Positions 57,472-64,000 of a stretch of DNA of 64,000 nucleotides are shown piece after piece. How positions within the stretch are numbered: position 1 is the first letter of the stretch; the number at the start of each line of letters is the position of its first letter. A program made the position numbers and the translations under genes. The DNA lies in contig JAJEBW010000021.1 in assembly GCA_022822325.1 (NCBI GenBank), forward strand, positions 40,280 through 104,279, given 5' to 3'. This DNA comes from Gemmatimonadota bacterium. GTDB taxonomy: Bacteria; Gemmatimonadota; Gemmatimonadetes; Longimicrobiales; Gaopeijiaceae. The notes under the pieces were generated by a model. It was given only the letters and a program-made list of their open reading frames with translations, was not told where the DNA came from and did not search any database.

Positions 57472-57839
57472 ACTGCGTCGCGCCTCCGTCGCGCCATGGA
57501 GAATGCGGTCGCCCAACCCGGAAATTGTGCGCGTCGGCGGCGCCCGAGAGATGCGGGCCAACCGAATCCCGCCCGGCCACCCTGGCCGACCGATCCGGCC
57601 ACGCCGCCCGCACGGCATCCGCCGAGGAGGCCAAATCGGCGGAATTCGCCGTCTCCCGCCCCACCCGCCCCCGCCCCCGCGTCCACCCCCGCCCTGTTCC
57701 CCACGCCGCGCGGATGGCAAGATTCCTGCATCGTGCCGCCGTTTCCATCTGCGGGCCGCGTCCCCCCGGGCCGCGCCGGTGCCGCCCGCGCCCCGATCCG
57801 GCCACATTTTCACCCGCGACTCCCTGCTTCATCCGTAAT

Positions 57840-57865
57840 TTCTTCACCCCGCTTCTTCACCCCGC
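57840..57865 (+). repeat. Perfect 13-bp tandem repeat x2 (ttcttcaccccgc) 54 nt upstream of the lon ATG
   Basis: Read directly at 57840-57852 and 57853-57865. Confidence 0.8.
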
Positions 57866-57918
57866 GAACCCTTGCAACCCCCCAATCATTCAGCCCAACC
57901 ACCAAGGAACAGGATTTC

Positions 57919-60468
57919 ATGAGCAGAAGACGATTCAGCCTGCCCGTTCTTCCCCTTCGCGATACCGTCGTCTATCCGGGAGTGGCCGTGCCCATCTCGG
58001 CGGGACGGCCCGGCACGGTGGAGGCGGTTCAGGAAGCGCTCGACGCCGACCGGAGGCTCTTCGCGGTCGCGCAACACGAAAACCAGGACGAACCCGATCC
58101 GCGCATCCTCTACCCGGTGGGCACGGTGGTGCGGATCATTCAGACGCACCGGGTACGCGGAGGAATTCAGCTTCTGGTCCAGGGCGAGCAGCGCGCCCGG
58201 GCCCTCGAATACGCCGACGACGGCGAGGCGATGCTGCGCGCCACCCTGGTCGCCATCAAGCGCCAACCCCCCGTGGACAGCGACGATCCCGGGTTCCGCG
58301 CCCTCGACCAGGAGCTCCGGGAACGCGCGGCGGAGCTCGGAACGCGCCGGGGAGTGTCGGCCGAGGCGCTCAACCAGCTTATCCAGGGGGTGGACGAACC
58401 GGGGGCCTTCGCCGATCTGGTGGCCTTCTACCTGGATCTCCCGACCTCGGAAAAGCAGGAGATTCTCGAAACGCTCGACGACGAGGAGCGCATGCGGTCG
58501 GCACTGCTGGCGGTGGAGCGCGAGCTGGCCAGCATCGAGGCCCACGAGGACATCCAGGCCAAGGTGCAGGAAGAGCTGGGCGAGCGTCAGCGCGAGATGA
58601 TTCTGCGCGAACAGATGAAGCAGATTCGCAAGGAGCTGGGCGAAGAGGGCGAACGCGAGGATGCCGACGATCTGCGCGAGCGAATTGCCGAGATGGAGCT
58701 TCCCGAGGTCGCCCGCAACGAGGTGGAGCGCGAACTCCGCCGCTTGAACCGAACCTCGCCGCAGTCGGCCGAATACCAGGTCATTCGCACCTATCTGGAC
58801 TGGATCATCGAGCTGCCCTGGAGCGAGCGCACCGAGGACAAGCTCAACCTGCACCGCGCCGGGGAAATCCTGGACGAAGACCACTACGGCCTGGAGGATG
58901 TGAAGGACCGCGTGCTCGAATTCCTGGCCGTGCGCAAGCTGCAGCAGGAACGTTTCGGCGAGGGTCAGGAGAAGGAGGAAGCGAAGGCCGGGGAAGAGGA
59001 ACGCCGCGGGGATTGGGAGACGCTGTTGCTTGAGGGCGGCGAGGACGGCGCCGGCACGGAGTCCGCGGCCGAAGCCGACGAGAGCGACGAGGACGCCGAA
59101 GGGCTTCCGGAGCGCCGGGGACGCGGACCGATCCTGCTCTTCGCGGGACCGCCGGGGGTGGGCAAGACGAGCATCGCGCAGTCGATCGCGCGGTCGGTGG
59201 GACGCAAGTACGTGCGCATCTCGCTGGGCGGCGCGCGCGACGAGGCCGATATCCGCGGTCACCGCCGCACCTATGTGGGGGCCATGCCGGGGCGAATCAT
59301 CCAGGGAATGAAGGAAGCCGGAACCCGCAACCCCGTCTTCCTCCTGGACGAGGTGGACAAGCTGGGCGTCTCCTTTCAGGGCGATCCGAGCTCGGCGCTC
59401 CTCGAGGTTCTCGACCCGGCGCAGAACTCGACCTTCATCGATCACTACATGGGGGTGCCCTTCGATCTCTCGGAGGTCCTCTTCATCGCGACCGCCAACT
59501 ACGAGGACCGGATCCCGGCGCCGCTCCTGGACCGAATGGAATCGGTGGAGTTTCGCGGCTACACCGAGCAGGAAAAGCTGGAAATCGCCCGCCGCTACCT
59601 GCTTCCGCGGCAGATGCGCGATTCGGGTCTCCGCGACGAGGAGCTGGTGATCGGCGACGAAGCGATCCTGGGCGTGATCCAGAGCTACACGCGCGAGGCG
59701 GGGGTCCGGCAGCTTGAACGGGAGCTGGGGAAGCTGGCGCGCAAGGTGGCCCGGAGTATCGCGTCGGAGGAGAGCGAGGGGATGACGATCACCGCCGATT
59801 CGGCCCGGGATCTGCTCGGCCGGCCGCGGGTCTTCCCGGAGCGGCGGGCGGCGGAGGATGCCGTCGGGGTCGCCACGGGGATGTTCTACACTCCGATGGG
59901 CGGCGACATCATGTTTGTCGAAGCCAGCGTGATGCCGGGCGAGGGAGGGCTGGTCCTCACCGGGCAGTTGGGCGATGTGATGAAGGAGTCGGCCCGGGCG
60001 GCGCTCTCCTACGCGAAGAGCCACTGCGATGCGCTGGGAATCGACGAAAGCCTGCTCGAGAAGCGCGAGATCCACATTCATGTGCCGGCGGGCGCGATCC
60101 CGAAGGACGGACCCTCGGCGGGAATCACGATGGCGACGGCGCTGATCTCGGCGGTCTCGGGGCAGCGGGTGCGCGCCGATGTGGCCATGACCGGCGAGCT
60201 CACGCTGACGGGCCGCGTCCTGCCGATCGGCGGGGTGAAGGAGAAGGTGCTCGGCGCCGTGCGGGCGGGGATTCAGGAGATCGTTCTGCCGCAGGACAAC
60301 GAATCGCACCTGGACGACCTGCCCGACGAGGTGCGCAAGGCGCTGACGGTCCACCTGGTCGAGGATCTGCACCGGGTGGTCGAGCTGGCGATCCGGCGGC
60401 GACCGAAGAAGGCGCCCAGGACGCGCGCCGCGGTGCGCACGGAGGAGGTGTCGCCGATTCAGGCCTGA
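57919..60468 (+). CDS. lon: ATP-dependent Lon protease (LonA) with an acidic ~55-60-aa insertion before the Walker A motif
   Basis: Track ORF 57496..60468, start at ATG 57919 ([21 protein letters not shown]). Walker [10 protein letters not shown]. Protease Ser in PKDGPSAG, Lys in GGVKEKV. Confidence 0.95.
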   Translation: MSRRRFSLPVLPLRDTVVYPGVAVPISAGRPGTVEAVQEALDADRRLFAVAQHENQDEPDPRILYPVGTVVRIIQTHRVRGGIQLLVQGEQRARALEYADDGEAMLRATLVAIKRQPPVDSDDPGFRALDQELRERAAELGTRRGVSAEALNQLIQGVDEPGAFADLVAFYLDLPTSEKQEILETLDDEERMRSALLAVERELASIEAHEDIQAKVQEELGERQREMILREQMKQIRKELGEEGEREDADDLRERIAEMELPEVARNEVERELRRLNRTSPQSAEYQVIRTYLDWIIELPWSERTEDKLNLHRAGEILDEDHYGLEDVKDRVLEFLAVRKLQQERFGEGQEKEEAKAGEEERRGDWETLLLEGGEDGAGTESAAEADESDEDAEGLPERRGRGPILLFAGPPGVGKTSIAQSIARSVGRKYVRISLGGARDEADIRGHRRTYVGAMPGRIIQGMKEAGTRNPVFLLDEVDKLGVSFQGDPSSALLEVLDPAQNSTFIDHYMGVPFDLSEVLFIATANYEDRIPAPLLDRMESVEFRGYTEQEKLEIARRYLLPRQMRDSGLRDEELVIGDEAILGVIQSYTREAGVRQLERELGKLARKVARSIASEESEGMTITADSARDLLGRPRVFPERRAAEDAVGVATGMFYTPMGGDIMFVEASVMPGEGGLVLTGQLGDVMKESARAALSYAKSHCDALGIDESLLEKREIHIHVPAGAIPKDGPSAGITMATALISAVSGQRVRADVAMTGELTLTGRVLPIGGVKEKVLGAVRAGIQEIVLPQDNESHLDDLPDEVRKALTVHLVEDLHRVVELAIRRRPKKAPRTRAAVRTEEVSPIQA

Positions 60469-60537
60469 CCCCCACCCCTCGCGCTGCCCGCTCGCGCAAC
60501 CGGACGGGGGCCGCAGGATCGCAGTGGCGGGCGACTC

Positions 60538-61602
60538 CTACGCGACGACCTCGATCCGGCCCGCCCGCCCCGCCCCCACCCCCCCGATCACGGCTCCCGT
60601 CTCGCCCCGCGCGGCCAGCTCCCGCAGCAGCTCCGGCGTGCGCCCGGCCGCGATCGCGATCAACAGTCCCCCCGAGGTCTGCGCGTCGGCCAGCAGAATC
60701 CGGGTCGCTTCCGGCACGCCCGGGTCGTGGTTCACGCGGGAGGCCGAATCGGCTCGGTTGCGGCGCGTCCCCCCCGGCACATGCCCGGCCGCGATCAGCC
60801 CCGCCACCCCGCCCATCGCCGGAACGGCCCCCGCCTCGATCCTCGCGCTCGTCCCCGACGCGGCCATCATGTTGCCCAGGTGGCCGGTCAGGCCGTAGCC
60901 CGTCACATCGGTCGCCGCCCGCGCGCCCGCGGCCACCGCCGCCCCGGCCGCGCCCCGGTTCAGCCGCGCCATCGTCCGCACGGCCTCCTCCAGCACCTCC
61001 TCCGGGCAGGCGCCCGCCTTCACCGCGGTGGCCACGATCCCCGATCCCAGCGGCTTGGTCAGAACCAGATCGTCGCCGGCCCGCGCGCGGTCGTTGGCCA
61101 GGATGGCCGCGGGATCCACCTCGCCCACCGCGACCATTCCGTACTTGGGTTCGGGATCGTCGATCGAGTGGCCGCCCAGCACCGGAATTCCCGCCTCGGC
61201 CGCCTTCTCGGCGCCGCCCCGCACAATCTCTTCGGCGATTCCGTGCGACAGCAGCTTCCTCGGAAAGGAGAGCAGATTGAGCGCGAAAAGCGGGCGTCCC
61301 CCCATCGCGTAGACATCGGAGAGGGCATTGGCGGCGGCGATCCGCCCGAAGTCGCGGGGGTCGTCCACGATCGGGGTGAAGAAGTCGAGGGTCACGACCA
61401 GGGCCCGCCCCTCGTCGATCCGGTACACGGCGGCGTCGTCCCTCGTGGCGGCGTCCACCAGAACGCGAGGGTCGTGCGCGGGCAACAGGTGACGCAGAAC
61501 CTGCGCCAGCTCGGACTGGCCGAGCTTGCAGGCTCACCCGGCGCCGTGCGAAAGGGTGCTCAGCCGGATTCGGGGACGCTGGTCGCGCGGTTCGCTCTTC
61601 AT
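60538..61602 (-). CDS. selD: Selenide, water dikinase (selenophosphate synthetase), selenocysteine-containing (TGA at 61534-61536 read as Sec)
   Basis: The track ORF stops at 61485 only because of an in-frame TGA. Reading the same frame from ATG 61602 gives MKSEPRDQRPRIRLSTLSHGAG-U-ACKLGQSELAQVLRHLLPAHDPRVLVD... This aligns with E. coli [25 protein letters not shown], so Sec replaces Cys17. There is no other stop in the extension. Confidence 0.9.
61508..61526 (-). promoter_or_regulatory. Candidate bacterial SECIS hairpin downstream of the selD UGA
   Basis: The mRNA reads UGA GCCUGCA AGCUCGG-CCAGU-CCGAGCU GGCG. This forms a 7-bp perfect stem with a 5-nt loop containing GU, starting 8 nt after the UGA. 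Confidence 0.6.
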
Positions 61603-61722
61603 GGCCCCGAATCTAGCGAACGGCCCGGAGAGGGGAATCCCGGGGCGGCCGAACCCGGCCCGCGAGTCCCCCGAATGCGGTTCAAGGTTTACAGGGCGGC
61701 GCGCGGTGCCCATGCTTCAATC

Positions 61723-62553
61723 ATGAACACGCCGGCCTGGTCCACACGGAAGGATTTCGCCCGCGAAGTCGAGCGCCCCGACGACGAGCTGAACCTCGCG
61801 CGGGCCGCCCTCCTCGTGGCGCGGGAGGAGTATCCGCAGTTGCCGGTGGAGCGCTACCTGGTCCGCCTCGACATGCTGGCCGAGGAGACGCGCAACCGGC
61901 TCGGAACGGAGCGGGGGCCGCCGGTGGTTCTGGGCGAGGCGCTGGCCAATCTCTTCGGGAACCGCAAGCTGCGCGGCAATCGCAAGCGGTACAACGACCC
62001 GCGCAACTCCTTCCTCAACGATGTGCTGGACCGCGGCCTGGGGATTCCGCTCACCCTCTCGGTCGCGCTGCTCGAGGTGGGCTGGCGACTCGATCTGCCG
62101 CTGGAGGGGGTGGACTTTCCCGGTCACTTCATGGTCCGCTACCGGGGCGTGGCGGCCACCTTCCTGATCGACCCCTTCCACAGCGGCAAGGTGCGTCTGG
62201 AGTCGGAGGCGCAGGAGCTTCTGGATCGGCGGCATGGCGGAGTGGTGCGTCTGAAGAAGCGCCATCTGCGCACCGCGTCGCGCCACGACATGATTGTGCG
62301 GCTGCTGCTGAATCTGAAGGGGATCTATCACCGGTTGCGCGATCACAAGCGGGCGCTGGCCGTGGTGGAGCGCATTCTGATCGTGCGGCCGACGGCGCCC
62401 TCGCAGATCCGCGACCGCGGCTACCTGCTGGCCCGGCTGGGACGCGCCGAGGAAGCCGTGACCCAACTGGAGACCTACCTGAGCTTTGCGCCCGGCGCCC
62501 GCGATGTGCAGCGCGTGGAGGCGCTGGTGCGCGAGCTGAAGAGCCGGCCGTGA
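61723..62553 (+). CDS. SirB1/YchA-like protein (transglutaminase-like N-domain plus TPR)
   Basis: C-terminal part of track ORF 60727..62553. Start at ATG 61723, or ATG 61675 (MRFKVY...). ...NSFLNDVLDRGLGIPLTLSVALLEVGWRLDLPLEGVDFPGHFMVRY is typical of this family. Confidence 0.75.
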   Translation: MNTPAWSTRKDFAREVERPDDELNLARAALLVAREEYPQLPVERYLVRLDMLAEETRNRLGTERGPPVVLGEALANLFGNRKLRGNRKRYNDPRNSFLNDVLDRGLGIPLTLSVALLEVGWRLDLPLEGVDFPGHFMVRYRGVAATFLIDPFHSGKVRLESEAQELLDRRHGGVVRLKKRHLRTASRHDMIVRLLLNLKGIYHRLRDHKRALAVVERILIVRPTAPSQIRDRGYLLARLGRAEEAVTQLETYLSFAPGARDVQRVEALVRELKSRP

Positions 62554-62612
62554 CGGGTATGGGGCGGCGAATGGCGGTGCGGCGGCTCGCGCGGCGGCGG
62601 TGAGGGCGGCGA

Positions 62613-63620
62613 ATGGCGAGGCCGGCGAGGGAAGTGCGCCACTACGGCGACCCCGGGCGGGAATACCGGGCGGCGGTGGAGGGGTGCGGGGTGGTGGCGC
62701 GGGACGACCGGCGGCTGGTGCGGGTGTACGGGCGGGCGCCGGCGCAAATGCTGAACGGGATCGTGACGAACCGGATTCCGGATGCCCCGGTCGGCGGGGT
62801 GGGTGATGCCGCCTACGGGACGATCCTGACCGCAAAGGGCCGAATGGTCACCGACCTGGTGACGCTCTGGTTGGGGGCTGGCGGCGGGGAGGGGGTGGGG
62901 CTGAATCTCTCGGCGCGTGGGATGGAGGCCGCGTTGGGGCACTTCAAACACTTCCTCCCACCAAGAATGGCAAGGGCCGAGGAGCTGGCCGAGCGCACGC
63001 AACTCCTGACGGTCGTGGGTCCCGGCGCGGGCGAAGCGGTGGCGTCGGTCTTTGGCACGGTGCCGGAGGATGGATTTCAACTGGTGAATGGGGGGCCGCT
63101 GGAGGGCGGCGCGCTCGTCGCACGGGGGTTGCGCCAGATCGATTCCTGGGATTTGTGGACGAGCGCGGCGGGAGCGGAGGAGGCGTGGGACGGTCTGCGC
63201 GGCGCCGGCGCGTGGCCGGTGGGCGCGGGCGCATGGCAGACGTTGCGCGTGGAGGCGGGCTTTCCGGAGTTCGGGATCGACATGGACGCCGCGACCATCC
63301 CCATCGAGGCGGGCCTCGGCGAGTGCGCATTCGATCACGACAAGGGTTGCTATACCGGCCAGGAGGTGATTGTGCGAATTCGCCACCGCGGCCGCGTCAA
63401 CTGGTACCTGCGTTCGTTGCGCTTCGGCGAGGTTGCGGCGCGGCCGGGAATGCAGCTCTTCGAGACGGGGGGCGCCAAGGTGCGCGGCCGCGTGACTTCG
63501 GTGGCCGATTCGCCGCGCTTCGGCCAGGTGATCGGGCTGGGCTATGTGCGCCGCGAGGTGGAGGTCCCGGCGAAGTTGCGGCTGGGGAGCGGGGCGGGGG
63601 CGGAGGTGGGGGTGCGGTGA
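62613..63620 (+). CDS. ygfZ: Folate-binding YgfZ family protein (aminomethyltransferase fold)
   Basis: 335 aa. Signature KGCYTGQE. GcvT-like N-terminal region. Confidence 0.8.
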   Translation: MARPAREVRHYGDPGREYRAAVEGCGVVARDDRRLVRVYGRAPAQMLNGIVTNRIPDAPVGGVGDAAYGTILTAKGRMVTDLVTLWLGAGGGEGVGLNLSARGMEAALGHFKHFLPPRMARAEELAERTQLLTVVGPGAGEAVASVFGTVPEDGFQLVNGGPLEGGALVARGLRQIDSWDLWTSAAGAEEAWDGLRGAGAWPVGAGAWQTLRVEAGFPEFGIDMDAATIPIEAGLGECAFDHDKGCYTGQEVIVRIRHRGRVNWYLRSLRFGEVAARPGMQLFETGGAKVRGRVTSVADSPRFGQVIGLGYVRREVEVPAKLRLGSGAGAEVGVR

Positions 63621-63820
63621 TGGAACGGTAACGCTACGAATGAGGTATAGCGCTGGGGGGATCTCATGCCCACTAAACGGATGACGGCGCGATCGCGTCG
63701 TCACCGAGCCACCGAATGGGCTGGCCGGACAATCCACCCGGCTGGCGGCGGACGGGCCATCCAATTCGTCGGAAACCGCCGGGTGACGAAATCACACTTT
63801 TCCCAGAGAGGAAGAATCCA

Positions 63821-64000
63821 GTGACGCTGCGTTTGCTACGGATCCCCCTGCTGGCCGTCGTCCCCTTTCTCCTCGCCACATGCGGCGGTCCCGACAATGC
63901 CGGTGACGGACCGGCATACCCGACCTGGATCACCGAGCCGGAATTCCGGATTTCCGGGTCACCGGAGAGAGATGTGATCTTCGTCGGGCCGTATGTGCGA
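63821..64000 (+). CDS. Lipoprotein, 5' fragment (runs off the window); possibly another member of the propeller family
   Basis: GTG 63821 is preceded by GAGAGGAAG. VTLRLLRIPLLAVVPFLLATCGG lipobox, then ...EPEFRISGSPERDVIFVGPYVR, which resembles the N-terminal pattern of 51705..53018. Open to the window end. Confidence 0.5.
   Translation, partial: MTLRLLRIPLLAVVPFLLATCGGPDNAGDGPAYPTWITEPEFRISGSPERDVIFVGPYVR

Noticed and set aside
61603-61722. Looked for tRNA-Sec (selC) or another tRNA next to selD
   Set aside because: No acceptor or T-arm (GGTTCGAnTCC-like) structure is present. The only CTTCAAT loop has a 4-bp palindromic stem. No tRNA-like sequence was seen anywhere in the window by eye, and a tRNAscan run would be needed for certainty.

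Overview
High-GC (about 70%) bacterial chromosomal segment. I resolve about 55 protein-coding genes, with no rRNA, tRNA or CRISPR. Many long track ORFs are antisense shadow ORFs typical of high-GC DNA. I re-derived starts from signal peptides, SD-like sequences and ten start/stop overlaps (nine of 4 nt, ATGA or GTGA, and one of 1 nt), which also define the operons. Content is dominated by secreted peptidases and amino-acid or peptide catabolism: two S9 peptidases, CocE/NonD, M19, M20, GGT, two beta-lactamase-fold hydrolases, amidohydrolases, a DadA-like dehydrogenase, and APC, DAACS and SSF transporters. Also present are modABC, lon, selD and ygfZ. The gene content looks like Gemmatimonadota or a similar phylum, but that is only a guess.

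Most interesting items:
- (1) A four-gene redox module at 42653-46912. A NirB-type FAD/[2Fe-2S] flavoprotein is fused to a 5-TM domain carrying two His-x13-His pairs, the di-haem-b signature. It is followed by an 11-haem cytochrome c and a DUF3365 haem protein. The module is bracketed by a 50-bp direct repeat with a 30-nt perfect core.
- (2) selD is a selenoprotein. An in-frame TGA sits at the GAG-U-ACK active site and a hairpin follows it. The ORF track truncates this gene.
- (3) A low-GC islet at about 29.8-31.1 kb encodes a lipoprotein and a 16-Cys secreted protein. It lies next to a decayed hsdR N-terminal remnant.
- (4) A Big_2 / plant-type-LRR / metzincin lipoprotein.
- (5) An amidohydrolase translationally coupled to a paralogue that has lost all its metal ligands.
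- (6) Several short intergenic tandem repeats, some sharing a GTTTCT..CCAA-like unit.

Two frameshifted remnants (a PD-(D/E)XK protein and hsdR) both break in C5 runs.
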